Below, in pieces: positions 1-9,651 of a DNA stretch of 60,575 nt. Numbering within the stretch: the stretch's first letter is position 1; the number at the start of each line of letters is the position of its first letter. The notes beneath the pieces were generated by a model. That model was not told where the DNA came from and did not search any database. It saw only the letters and a program-made list of their open reading frames with translations. The translations under genes and the position numbers were made by a program. The DNA is from Lentisphaerales bacterium (GTDB lineage: Bacteria; Verrucomicrobiota; Kiritimatiellia; JAUXFM01): contig JAUXFM010000003.1 in NCBI GenBank assembly GCA_030622955.1, positions 1-60,575 on the forward strand. The letters run 5' to 3'.

Positions 1-2
1 TG

Positions 3-722
3 CCGTTGCCGGGCAACCTTGACGAGCCGAATCCACCGGACTGGCTTGCCGCAATCTGGAAAAATAAAGGTCCATACATGCCGGGCTCAAGTGGCCGTGA
101 AAAACGAATCAGGCGCGACATGGCAATCTATTGCGGGATGGTGAAATGCATCGATGACAACGTCGGACGTATTCTCAAGACCCTTGAGGAGCGTGGGATC
201 CTTGACGACACTATTGTTGTCTTCACTACTGATCATGGAGAGTACCTGGGAGAACACGGCTTACTAGGAAAGAACCATTTTTATGAGACTGCGCATCGTA
301 TTCCCTTGCTCATCCGCTATCCGGCAAAGATTGCGGCCGGGACTATTATCGACCATCTCGTCGATACTGTCGATTTCCAGACAACGATTCTGGGCCTGAT
401 GGAGCAACCTGCCTCAGGCCGCGAGCAGGGCCGCGACGCTTCGCCTTTCCTCAGAGGCGAAGAGGTGCCCTGGCGGGACGAGGTCCACATCCATCATTCA
501 TCGCTCAAACACGCGGGAATCTTCACGTCGGATTACGAGTTAGGCTACGTAAAGGGGCATGATGCAATTCTTTTCGATCGCCACAAGGATCCCCTGCAGA
601 TTAATAATCTGTTCCACAGCGAGAAACACCAAAATATCATTCGTGAATTGACGAAACGTATTGTAGAACATCACAAAGAAATAGAGTCACCTGCCTATAA
701 TTGGCTAAAGGAGAAAGAGTAG
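3..722 (+). CDS. Sulfatase family protein, C-terminal part (5'-truncated by window edge)
   Basis: Frame open from the window edge. Sulfatase motifs YCGMVKCIDDNVGRIL, FTTDHGEYLGEHG, K..FYE...RIPL. Stop abuts the next sulfatase start. Confidence 0.9.
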   Translation, partial: PLPGNLDEPNPPDWLAAIWKNKGPYMPGSSGREKRIRRDMAIYCGMVKCIDDNVGRILKTLEERGILDDTIVVFTTDHGEYLGEHGLLGKNHFYETAHRIPLLIRYPAKIAAGTIIDHLVDTVDFQTTILGLMEQPASGREQGRDASPFLRGEEVPWRDEVHIHHSSLKHAGIFTSDYELGYVKGHDAILFDRHKDPLQINNLFHSEKHQNIIRELTKRIVEHHKEIESPAYNWLKEKE

Positions 723-2231
723 ATGAAGCGACCGAACATACTGCTCATCACGAGCGATCAGCAACATTGGAACACGCTGGGTTGTTTGAACCCTGAGATC
801 AAGACCCCGAACCTGGACAAGCTGGCTGCACGCGGCACGTTATTCGAGCGCGCCTACACCTGCAATCCCACCTGCACGCCTACCCGCGCGTCCATTATCA
901 CTGGTCAGTACCCAAGCCAACACGGTGCCTGGAGCCTGGGTACGAAGCTGCCAGAAGAAGCACATACTGTCGGCCAGGACTTCCAGAAGGCAGGTTACCG
1001 CACCGCTTTGATCGGCAAGGCACATTTCCAGCAACTCAAGGACACTGCTGAGTACCGCTCAATAGAATCCAACCCATTGCAACAAAATCTGGAGTTCTGG
1101 CGCAACTTCACGGGCCCCTTCTACGGCTTTGAGCGAGCCGAACTGGCGCGGAATCATGCCGACGAACAGCACGTGGGCCAGCATTACGCATTGTGGATGG
1201 AAGAGAAAGGCTTCAAGGACTGGCGCAAGTGCTTCAACAAACCGGGCGGCACAGCCAATCCTCAATATGGGAAATGGAACATTCCAGAGAAGTATCATTA
1301 CGACACATGGATAGCAGAACGCACGAATGCACTTATGACCGAATACAAAGAGAACGATGAACCGTTCTTCCTCTGGTCAAGCTTCCTCGATCCGCATCTA
1401 CCGTATCTCATACCTGACCCATGGGATGAGATGTACGATCCCAGCGAACTAACCCTGCCAAAAGATGCGGAGGGCGAGCACGAAAAGAACCCACCCCACT
1501 TCAAATTGACACAGGAGAAAGACCCGGACTTCTCGCCCTGGCGCGAAAAGGACGGGAGCGGCATGCATGGGTTTGAATCCCACACGAAAGACGAGAAGAC
1601 GAAGCGGCGGGACATGGCTATCTATTACGGAATGGTCAGCTGCATGGACAAGTACATTGGCAAGATCCTCGATAAGCTCGAAGAACTTGGGCTGGCCGAT
1701 AATACCGTTGTAGTGTTCACAACCGATCATGGTCATTTCTTCGGACAGCATGGCCTTACTGCTAAAGGCCCATTCCATTACGAGGATATGATCAAGATCC
1801 CCTATATCGTGAGCTGCCCTGGACAAGTGCCCGAAGGCAAGCGATCAACCGCATTGCAGAGCATCGTCGATCTTGCGCCGACATTCCTCGGTTTTGCGGG
1901 GCTGGATATCCCGCGCACCATGACAGGACTCGATCAGAGCGCTGCCTGGTGCGACAAGGTTGATGCGCCGCGTGATCATGTTGTGGTAGAAAATCATCAT
2001 CAGCCAACAACCATTCACGTAAAAACTTATGTGAACGATCGTTACAAACTGACGGCCTATTACAATCAGCCCTATGGTGAACTGTTCGACTTGCAGGAGG
2101 ATCCTGCCGAGGTGAACAATCTCTGGGACAATCCGGCATCGCAACCACTCAAGGGCGAACTCCTCCTGAAGCTACTCCATGCAGAGATGGGCAAGGAGCC
2201 GATCTGGATGCCTCGTGTCTGCGGCGCCTGA
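723..2231 (+). CDS. Formylglycine-dependent sulfatase (S1 family)
   Basis: N-terminal RPNILLITSDQ, CTPTRASIITG (CxPxR signature), GKAH, DPH, TDHG motifs. No signal peptide visible. Confidence 0.95.
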   Translation: MKRPNILLITSDQQHWNTLGCLNPEIKTPNLDKLAARGTLFERAYTCNPTCTPTRASIITGQYPSQHGAWSLGTKLPEEAHTVGQDFQKAGYRTALIGKAHFQQLKDTAEYRSIESNPLQQNLEFWRNFTGPFYGFERAELARNHADEQHVGQHYALWMEEKGFKDWRKCFNKPGGTANPQYGKWNIPEKYHYDTWIAERTNALMTEYKENDEPFFLWSSFLDPHLPYLIPDPWDEMYDPSELTLPKDAEGEHEKNPPHFKLTQEKDPDFSPWREKDGSGMHGFESHTKDEKTKRRDMAIYYGMVSCMDKYIGKILDKLEELGLADNTVVVFTTDHGHFFGQHGLTAKGPFHYEDMIKIPYIVSCPGQVPEGKRSTALQSIVDLAPTFLGFAGLDIPRTMTGLDQSAAWCDKVDAPRDHVVVENHHQPTTIHVKTYVNDRYKLTAYYNQPYGELFDLQEDPAEVNNLWDNPASQPLKGELLLKLLHAEMGKEPIWMPRVCGA

Positions 2232-2244
2232 TCCGGAGCAATTC

Positions 2245-3234
2245 TCAGATAAGTCGCGTCGCAAGAAAGCTGATAACGGCGCTCTTCCACTTCTGTGGAT
2301 CTGCATTGAGGCATGAGTCATGGCCAACCCCGTCGAATTTTACAAATGATTTCGGTCCTGCGAGCTCTGAGAAATTGTTCTCTGCCTGATCAATGGTTGC
2401 ACGAGAATCAGCGGTGCCGTGCAATAACAGCGTTGGACAAGTGACCTTCCTTGCGTAATCACAGGGGTTATGCTTAAAGGCGGGAAAGCCGGTCAGGAAT
2501 CCACCCCAGAAGGTAAGAAGTTCTGCGCTCGGGAATGTTGCTACGCGCATTGATCGGAATCGATTTCTTACCGTGGTCAGCATTCGATCGAACACTGCTT
2601 CGAGTATGATCGCGTCCGGATCTATCTTCTCAACTGCGATGGTGCGGAGCAGGGCTGCACCGCCCATCGAAGAGCCATATATCACTATCTTCTGATCTGG
2701 CCAGGTTCTGCGCGCATACTCGAAAGAGTTCAGAACATCGTCCGCTTCGAGGTAGCCTACTGTTGTTGAGTTTCCGCCCGAGCCCCCACTACCCCTGAAA
2801 TCAACAAGTAGTGCAGAATAACCCAACTCGTGAAAGACTGAGGCCTCCTTGACGAGTGCACCCTTGCACGAACCGTAGCCATGGAAGAGGAGCACAAGTC
2901 CTTTCGCCTCCTGCTGCTCAATATGCCAGGCTTCAAGCATCAGGCCGTCACGGGCCGGGTATTGTACCGTTCGAAATGTCATGCCTGCATCTGCAGGTGT
3001 CGTCCGGTTGGTCGGCCTGAGTATTGTGACGCCACAAACCAGGGTTCTGAACCGTGCAAAGAGCGACAGTGATTCAGGCGCTGCGGTCCTGTCCCCGCCA
3101 TCCTTGAAATGCAGCATCAGGTAGGCATGTCTTGCCGCGAGTAGATTGAGCAATACGAACAACCCAAATCCAATACCACATACCGTCAGTATTACCGTCA
3201 TAACACGATGAGTCCCAGTCTTGATCGCTCCCAT
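2245..3234 (-). CDS. Alpha/beta hydrolase with N-terminal membrane anchor
   Basis: FHGYG, DFRGSGGS, nucleophile elbow GSSMGG, HGTAD and GVGH catalytic motifs. Start may be the ATG at 3201. Confidence 0.88.
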   Translation of the reverse strand: MGAIKTGTHRVMTVILTVCGIGFGLFVLLNLLAARHAYLMLHFKDGGDRTAAPESLSLFARFRTLVCGVTILRPTNRTTPADAGMTFRTVQYPARDGLMLEAWHIEQQEAKGLVLLFHGYGSCKGALVKEASVFHELGYSALLVDFRGSGGSGGNSTTVGYLEADDVLNSFEYARRTWPDQKIVIYGSSMGGAALLRTIAVEKIDPDAIILEAVFDRMLTTVRNRFRSMRVATFPSAELLTFWGGFLTGFPAFKHNPCDYARKVTCPTLLLHGTADSRATIDQAENNFSELAGPKSFVKFDGVGHDSCLNADPQKWKSAVISFLATRLI

Positions 3235-3298
3235 TTATTCGGACGGCTCGGAGAACCATCCATGCCTTACATAAAACCATCACCCGTGACAACAACTG

Positions 3299-4183
3299 TC
3301 ATCGGTCTTCCCTCTTCTGTTTTCCGTCCTCTATCTCTTTCTCCAGTGCCCACAGATAGAAGCTTACAAGATCCGCCTTGTAATCGGGGTGCCGGTCCGT
3401 GAATGCTTCAGTATGTCTTCCATCTTTTAGGAGCCAGAACAGTTTGGGCTCCTCGGCTTTCTCAAATAACTTGACGCCATGATGTGGTGGTATGGTCCTA
3501 TCTCTAGCACCATGGATCAGGAGTAACGGAATGGGTGAAATGTTCTCCACAACCTTGCCCGGACTCTTGCCGTTGCCGATGACGACCAGGGACAGGGGAT
3601 ATCGGAACCACGAAACGATGGGAATGCCCTTCATCTTGTCCCTGACAATGCTGCGATAAGAATAGAACGCGGATTCAATGGCAACTGCCTTTATGCCCTC
3701 TCTTTCCCCGCTACCTACAGCCGCTATGGCATTAGCCCCACCAAGACTCTGGCCGAGTACAAGCAGCTTCTGCGGGTCAACATCGTCACGCTCTCTTACG
3801 TATCTAATAGCAGCAACGCTGTCCTCGTAAACCCCGCGTCTTGTCGGCTCTCCCTCCGACTGACCGTAACCACGATAATCGAACACGAACAGATTGAAAT
3901 CTTCTGCGGGCAGCCATTTCACGAACGAGAAATGGGCGGTCATGTTTTGTGCGTTACCATGAAAATGGATAACCGTTCCTTTCGGCGCATTGCCAGCTTT
4001 CACGAACCAGCCGCTAAGTTTTGTCTCGTCCTTGCTCACAAAGGTAACGTCCTCATATTCCAGACCGTGATGTGCTGGAGTCTGGTAGACGATAGGGGTC
4101 GGATAATAGAAGTACTTGCTGACGCAGCCGCTGGAGAGCAGGAACAGAAGACAGAGGACTAATGACAATCTTCGTTTTGTCAT
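3299..4183 (-). CDS. Alpha/beta hydrolase lipoprotein (YfhR-like)
   Basis: Lipobox-like LSSGC, FHGNAQN, DYRGYGQSEG, GQSLGGA, HGARD, GRH. Confidence 0.9.
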   Translation of the reverse strand: MTKRRLSLVLCLLFLLSSGCVSKYFYYPTPIVYQTPAHHGLEYEDVTFVSKDETKLSGWFVKAGNAPKGTVIHFHGNAQNMTAHFSFVKWLPAEDFNLFVFDYRGYGQSEGEPTRRGVYEDSVAAIRYVRERDDVDPQKLLVLGQSLGGANAIAAVGSGEREGIKAVAIESAFYSYRSIVRDKMKGIPIVSWFRYPLSLVVIGNGKSPGKVVENISPIPLLLIHGARDRTIPPHHGVKLFEKAEEPKLFWLLKDGRHTEAFTDRHPDYKADLVSFYLWALEKEIEDGKQKREDR

Positions 4184-4365
4184 GATGCGGCGAGTTTACA
4201 GGGAAGGGCGGTGCCTGTCGAACGCTGAGTGGGTGCCTAGTTGCTGAGTTGTTGGAAAATACAAAAAGAGTAAGCGATCTAAACAAGAAGAAGAACCTGA
4301 AATGCTGGAGCGGAGATCGTCCTAGCAAGGCGCATCCCAAGCACAAATAGTCCTATCTGCTCAGA

Positions 4366-4887
4366 CTAGATTGTTTCAACAAAATCGGCTGGCATGTTGA
4401 AGACGCGTGCTCCAAGCTCCTTGTCGATCATGAACAGGCCGCTCTTGTCCTCACCTGCCAGCTTGAGCTGGGCAAGTACATCGTTAACGCTCTCCTCTTC
4501 CTCGACCTGTTCGTTTACGAACCACTGGAGGAAGATTTCCGTTGCATGATCCTTCTCTTCGATCGCGAGGTTGACGAGATCATTGATCATGCCTGTGACT
4601 TTCTGCTCATGCTGGAGTGCCGCTTCGAACATGGCCTGTAATGAATCGAAGTCTGTCGGTGGCTCTTTGATCGACGCGAGCTTTGCATGTTCACCGAGCC
4701 TGTTGACGTAGTTGTAGATCCTCAAGGCATGCGTAGATTCTTCCTGTGTCTGCACGAAGAACCATTTTGATGCACCCTTCAGGCCGGTGTAAGAGCAATA
4801 GGAAGATATCGCCAGGTAAAGGTAGCCTGCATACATCTCTGCATTGATCTGCTTGTTCAACGCTGCTGTCATTTTTTCACTTATCAT
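4366..4887 (-). CDS. ftnA: Non-heme ferritin
   Basis: LNKQINAEMYAGYLY, QEESTHA, HEQKVT, DHATEIFLQWFVNEQVEEE ferroxidase motifs. AAGGAG RBS upstream. Confidence 0.95.
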   Translation of the reverse strand: MISEKMTAALNKQINAEMYAGYLYLAISSYCSYTGLKGASKWFFVQTQEESTHALRIYNYVNRLGEHAKLASIKEPPTDFDSLQAMFEAALQHEQKVTGMINDLVNLAIEEKDHATEIFLQWFVNEQVEEEESVNDVLAQLKLAGEDKSGLFMIDKELGARVFNMPADFVETI

Positions 4888-4920
4888 TGAGTATCTCCTT
4901 GATGTTTAACGCTGCATGTT

Positions 4921-4941
4921 AAAAAAAAGGCGGGCGCCGCC
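4921..4941 (-). terminator. Intrinsic terminator-like hairpin in the ferritin leader
   Basis: Minus strand reads GGCGG-CGC-CCGCC followed by TTTTTTTT, ending about 35 nt upstream of the ferritin ATG. Confidence 0.5.
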
Positions 4942-5313
4942 CCCAAACCGGTCGTAGACTCTGTCATTCTTCTTGTTCGTGACCAGGGTCAAGTGTCGCC
5001 ATGCCCGGGAGCGGCAGCCAGCCGAAGTTTTCAAATATCTAACAGCTTCAATGCTAGATTCATGCCAACCCGGAAGATAAATGAGCAAATGGCCAGAAAG
5101 TAGTGGGATTCTGTGGTTTGGCACTAACCGCAGCCGGGCTGGTTGTCTCAATTCATGGCCGGTTTGATACAAGGGCATCGCTTGAGACAAAACAAAGGGC
5201 TGCATTTGAGGGATGAAGCCTGAATGACGCTCCTGGCCTATGCCTTCAGAGTTTCTCTCGTTCAAGTCTCAGCCTCATCATTCAGCCCCCCCCCCGCCCG
5301 CGAGGCCTTCGCC

Positions 5314-6015
5314 TCAGATATCCACGATAGCGTCGTCCACGCGCGGCGCTTCACCATCTTTGAGCGGTCTGTAGGGCACCGTCCGGTACTCACTTGCCTG
5401 CCGGAGCCTGTTGAGGATATCGGCAATGACATCGACCGCAGTGAGACAGTTATCGATCATTTCCGCCATATCCGGTTGCTTCTCTGTCTTCTTCATCATG
5501 GACAGGTATGTCTTTATCACGGTCGCGGGTTGACTGATGTGGTGACATGCCGCGCCAAGGCTCTGGATCATTACGCGCTGACGTTCTGCATCGATAAGCG
5601 CCAGCTTCTGTTCCTTCAGCTGTTTCCGCATCCGTACCTTTTGAACGGCATTCAGGATTGCACGCTGTAGGTTCTCAGGCAAGATAGACCCTTTCACGAG
5701 GTAATCGGTGGCGCCCTGTTTCATGGACTCGACCGCTGCTTCCTCGCTGCCGGCGCCGGTCACCATGACAATGGCAACGTCACCGAATTGCTCGAGTATT
5801 CTGCCGATCCACTCTATTCCGCTCCCGCCCGGCATATAGAGATCGAGCAGGACACAGTCGACGTTTGTCTTCTCCAGCACTGCCACTGTCTCTCTGCCGT
5901 TTGATGCTTCCAGGGCTTCTAGTGTGATGTCGCCCGGCATCATCCGGAACAGGCGCTTGATGCTGTTGCGGAACCGCTCCTCATCATCAACAACCAGGAT
6001 CTTGTACGTTTCCAT
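5314..6015 (-). CDS. Response regulator receiver domain fused to a HisKA-like helix pair, no ATPase domain
   Basis: ILVVDD, LLDLYMPG, VTG, DYLVK receiver motifs, then coiled coil and GAACHHISQP H-box. Start reassigned to ATG 6015, just after the upstream stop. Confidence 0.85.
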   Translation of the reverse strand: METYKILVVDDEERFRNSIKRLFRMMPGDITLEALEASNGRETVAVLEKTNVDCVLLDLYMPGGSGIEWIGRILEQFGDVAIVMVTGAGSEEAAVESMKQGATDYLVKGSILPENLQRAILNAVQKVRMRKQLKEQKLALIDAERQRVMIQSLGAACHHISQPATVIKTYLSMMKKTEKQPDMAEMIDNCLTAVDVIADILNRLRQASEYRTVPYRPLKDGEAPRVDDAIVDI

Positions 6016-6019
6016 GTCG

Positions 6020-6988
6020 TTAGTTCCCATCCATAGCAATGTTCGGAAGACCCCACATACCGAACAGCAACCGGCCTGCTTCCCTGTGAGTGAGGTCGAA
6101 GCAGTCGTGCTCGGCCATATCTTCCGGCTGGTTCGATTCCCTGATGCGCCGCAGCACTTCTGCATAGAGCACATCCTCGTGATCTATGAACAGCAACTTC
6201 CCGACAACATCGATGAGCTCGGAGACAAGTTCGTCATTGGAGGCGACTCGATCCGCTTCGGCTCTTGCTGCGATCTCTCTGAATGGTTGACTCAGTTCCT
6301 TGAGGCCGAAGCGCAAGCAGGTGGATGCCGAAGACTCGTGAAGTATTCCGGAACGAATCATCTCCCGGATGACCTTGGTATCAATGGAAGAGATCAGCCC
6401 GTAGATGTCGGTGACGTTCACCTGTTTCGGCAGTGCGAAGAGCGAGAAGCGCAGGAGATTGGCGGCCAATGCAGCATCGCTGTTTATGATCCGTTTCAGC
6501 TCGGCACGATCAGGTTCAACCTGCCCCACCAGATCTACGAGCCCATAGAATGTTGTCGGCATGAGCGAGATGGAACCCATCCTCAGCAACATGGCCTGCG
6601 CTTTCTCGGTCGACATCTGGTCGCGCAGGGAAAGGCGGCTGGCGATAGCTCGTATCACGACCTCCGAGGCGCTGGGTTTTATGAGGAATCTGTGTGCGAA
6701 CAGGAAGGTTTTGAAAACGGTCAGCTGAGGTGCAAAAGCTGATAGGACGATCCTGATTATACCGGGATACAGTTCATGTGCTTTCTCAAGGAGACAGTCG
6801 CCGCTCATTGCCGGCATCCTGAGGTCAGATACAAGGGCATCGACAGTGCTGCTGGCCATTTCCCCGACGGCCTCGTTGCCGTCCGTGAAGAAGAGCATAT
6901 CCCATTCATCGCGCATTTTGTACAGCATGCGCTGCAGAGCGTTCAGCACCCGTTCTTCATCATCAACGAAGAGAATACGTCTTTTCAA
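6020..6988 (-). CDS. Response regulator with HDOD-like output domain
   Basis: ILFVDDE, VSDLRMPAM receiver. Then I.SD.AL.A.LL and HREAGRLLFGMWGLP typical of HDOD, with a degenerate HD motif (DVVGKLL). Confidence 0.85.
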   Translation of the reverse strand: MKRRILFVDDEERVLNALQRMLYKMRDEWDMLFFTDGNEAVGEMASSTVDALVSDLRMPAMSGDCLLEKAHELYPGIIRIVLSAFAPQLTVFKTFLFAHRFLIKPSASEVVIRAIASRLSLRDQMSTEKAQAMLLRMGSISLMPTTFYGLVDLVGQVEPDRAELKRIINSDAALAANLLRFSLFALPKQVNVTDIYGLISSIDTKVIREMIRSGILHESSASTCLRFGLKELSQPFREIAARAEADRVASNDELVSELIDVVGKLLFIDHEDVLYAEVLRRIRESNQPEDMAEHDCFDLTHREAGRLLFGMWGLPNIAMDGN

Positions 6989-7016
6989 TGGTCTGTCCCG
7001 TCTCCAGCAATCCCTG

Positions 7017-8264
7017 TCAGCCCTGCTGGCCTGGTTCTATAGGGATGCTGACGGTGAACGTTGTTCCTTTTCCGATCTCAGTATCGAATTCTATCGTGCC
7101 TTTATGCTTCTTGGTGATGAGCGACCGCGTGATCGCCAGTCCCTGCCCTGAGCCTCTTCCTGCCACCTTGGTCGTGAAGAATTGTTCAAAAACCTTTGGC
7201 TTGACCTCTTCAGGAATGCCTGTGCCCGTATCGGTAATACGGACCTGGATACAGTTGTTCTCACGGCACGATTTGACGGTAATAGTGCCTGTTTGCTGGC
7301 TATCATCCTTGTTCGCATCTGATATTGCATCAGCAGCATTAGCTATGAGATTGACGAGGATCTGCGTGATATCGCCCCTGTGACAGGATATGAGGGGCAA
7401 TTCCTGGTCGAGTGCCAGTTTCATTTCTGCAACATATTTCCATTTGTTGCGTGCGAGTGTTACGGCGTGGTCGATTGTTTCGTTGATGTCCGTAGGAGTC
7501 TTGCCTGATTCGGTGCCCATGTAGACAAAGTCATGCATGGCCCGCACAATGAGCGCCACCTGCTCAAGTCCTTCACGCGATTGTTGTATCGCTTCGGACA
7601 TTTCTTTGCGGAGGAATGGTAAATCCAGTTTCTTCTGCATCGCCTCTACCTCGTCCGTCTTGCCGGACAGTTCCCCGCCAGCCTGCGAGCTGTTGAGAAC
7701 ACCCATGTACATATCGCCCAGCTTGAGGATGTCCTGGGACGCCTTTGATATGAAGAGCATGTTATCGCCGACGAACTGAACAGGGGTACTTATCTCGTGG
7801 ACGATGCCTGCGGCCATTGTTCCCATCACCTTGAGTTTCTGGCCCTGGCACAGGGCTGTCTCGAGGTGGTCTTTTTCTTCATTGATACTCCTGATTCTTC
7901 CCTTGAGCTCGGAGAGGATCCTGTTGAGTGATATCTCGATGGAACCTATATCCGTCCCCGCATGTTCAAGCTTGACAGTATCCGGCATGTCCCCTCGCGT
8001 AACATTTTCAAGGCAGGTTTGGAGTCGTGCGATTGCTGCAGGGTATCGCCTCAGGATTGCATAACCCAAGATAACAAGGAGCGCCGTGCAGGCGCCTACA
8101 AGGATAAAGGCGGGCAGTCCTAGGTTTTTACGCCATGGTTCATTCATCAGGAAAGAAGCGATAATCAATGCGGGGATCACGGAGGTCAACATTATGCCAA
8201 CGGCGAAGTGATACCTCGCCCCTTTTGAACTGAGAGACAGTTTTCCCAAAGACGGCTTCTTCAT
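7017..8264 (-). CDS. Membrane sensor histidine kinase (NtrB-like)
   Basis: Two TM helices, H-box AGIVHEISTP, N-box NLIANAADA, DTGTGI, FFTTK, GSGQGLAI. Start set at ATG 8264 after AGGGAAGG. Confidence 0.92.
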   Translation of the reverse strand: MKKPSLGKLSLSSKGARYHFAVGIMLTSVIPALIIASFLMNEPWRKNLGLPAFILVGACTALLVILGYAILRRYPAAIARLQTCLENVTRGDMPDTVKLEHAGTDIGSIEISLNRILSELKGRIRSINEEKDHLETALCQGQKLKVMGTMAAGIVHEISTPVQFVGDNMLFISKASQDILKLGDMYMGVLNSSQAGGELSGKTDEVEAMQKKLDLPFLRKEMSEAIQQSREGLEQVALIVRAMHDFVYMGTESGKTPTDINETIDHAVTLARNKWKYVAEMKLALDQELPLISCHRGDITQILVNLIANAADAISDANKDDSQQTGTITVKSCRENNCIQVRITDTGTGIPEEVKPKVFEQFFTTKVAGRGSGQGLAITRSLITKKHKGTIEFDTEIGKGTTFTVSIPIEPGQQG

Positions 8265-8349
8265 AATAGTGCCTTCCCTGATGAGCATTATACGACCGCA
8301 ATCACTTGAGTCCAGCAGAGAAACGGCAGACGCGGATGCAGTATGTAAA

Positions 8350-9276
8350 CTAATTGCGGAGCATACCAACAGCATTGCTCTTCAGTACGGGCCAGAATGG
8401 TTCAAGATCCATTGTGACGCTGGCATGATAAGGAGTGGAAGGCCGCAGTTCTCTATCGGGTTTATAGGTGAACTCGGTCTTTTCGCTCGACTTGACCTTG
8501 ATACGTTTCCGCATCTTTACCTTACCGTCTTTTGTGGATATCACCACTTCAGCTTTCGGGTTGAAGCCAGCATCGGGTACCAGCGCATAGTCTCCCATCT
8601 TGACCTTCCACCTGACGTGCGGCGGGTCGCTCCTGTGATCCCATGAAACTTTCAGGGAAGGTACTCCAATCACGGGAGAGACGGGTATTTGTGCAAATGC
8701 ATTGATGATCGGACTCACGTCCCCTGACAGAACAAAAGTCGCTTTGTCGCCGGTGGCGGCGTCCTTCACTCTACACGTGATCTCCAGGTCGAGATCGATC
8801 CTGCTCTTGTCCCATTGTGCGGTTGACCAGGCCAGGATACTGTATTCAACAGAGATCTGTGAAAAACAGGTTCTCAGCTCTATCTTTCTGAATGCAACAC
8901 CTTTGCTCTTTTTCGAGCCCCTCAATGATGCCGGTCGGCCGTACTTGCTGTGACCTGGCACATAGACCTGCAGGATATCGTACCGGGCATACTCTTCCTT
9001 GCAGTCGAGGATCAGGTACAGGACATCTTCCGGACCCGGTCCGAACTGGATTCCATAGTAAGCTGAAAAATCTTTTGCCCGCAGTTTCAGCGCAATGATG
9101 TCATCGCCACGCAGAGGCTTTGGTTCCTTGTAAACAAAACTGTTCTCGGGAGGTGCTGAACTGCTCGACTGAGGCGCGACCAGGAACGTGCAGCAGATTA
9201 GCAGCAAAGCAGCAAGATGTTGCCAGGACTGCCTACCCAAGACCCGTGATGTGATCGATACCAGAATGCTACACAT
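8350..9276 (-). CDS. Hypothetical exported protein
   Basis: 308-aa ORF, hydrophobic signal-like N-terminus (LAALLLICCTFLVAP), co-oriented directly upstream of the kinase. Confidence 0.65.
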   Translation of the reverse strand: MCSILVSITSRVLGRQSWQHLAALLLICCTFLVAPQSSSSAPPENSFVYKEPKPLRGDDIIALKLRAKDFSAYYGIQFGPGPEDVLYLILDCKEEYARYDILQVYVPGHSKYGRPASLRGSKKSKGVAFRKIELRTCFSQISVEYSILAWSTAQWDKSRIDLDLEITCRVKDAATGDKATFVLSGDVSPIINAFAQIPVSPVIGVPSLKVSWDHRSDPPHVRWKVKMGDYALVPDAGFNPKAEVVISTKDGKVKMRKRIKVKSSEKTEFTYKPDRELRPSTPYHASVTMDLEPFWPVLKSNAVGMLRN

Positions 9277-9404
9277 CTTGTGCTCTAATTTCGTAATCAG
9301 AAAAGAAATTCATAATCCTCCAATCAAAACCAAATGCTTGCACACATAAGAAAAGGTACATAAGGGAAGGTTGTGCAGGCAAGCGTGATAGTCAGCTCAG
9401 CACA

Positions 9405-9441
9405 ACAAAAAGCGAAACCGTACCCGAAAACGGGGATACGA
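9405..9441 (-). terminator. Possible intrinsic terminator
   Basis: Minus strand cgtatcccc-gttttc-gggtacg stem followed by gtttcgctttttgtt. Confidence 0.35.
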
Positions 9442-9475
9442 CCTCACCTGTTCAGGTGAGAAATAGAGCCACCAC

Positions 9476-9530
9476 CACCCTCGCCAAGGTTTCGCCCGGC
9501 GCAAAGTTTTGGCGGGACAAGTCGGCGGGG
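9476..9530. repeat. REP-like palindromic element
   Basis: ccctcgccaaggtttcgcccggcgcaaagttttggcgggacaagtcggcgggg. Resembles the 'ccttggcg(a/g)aggcgg / cttgtccgccg' intergenic repeats I recall from PVC genomes. Single copy in this window. Confidence 0.4.
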
Positions 9531-9546
9531 CACCGCAGGTAAGCGC

Positions 9547-9598
9547 AAAAAAAGAAACGGCACGGAAATCATGACCGATTGGCCATTATTCCGTGCCG
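9547..9598 (-). terminator. Intrinsic terminator downstream of the CsgG-family gene
   Basis: Inverted repeat cggcacggaa/ttccgtgccg followed on the minus strand by tttcttttttt. Confidence 0.7.
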
Positions 9599-9651
9599 CC
9601 ATTTTGTTGTCTTCTGAGTTCTTTCGTGGGCAGCTTGTTTCTGTCTCCGGA

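Noticed and set aside
4906-5265. 119-aa ORF upstream of ferritin
   Set aside because: It runs through the terminator-like hairpin, has no motifs, and is probably intergenic.
5924-6742. 272-aa plus-strand ORF and similar long antisense ORFs (e.g. 12538-13272, 39600-40340, 46112-46840)
   Set aside because: They overlap well-supported genes on the opposite strand and lack motifs.
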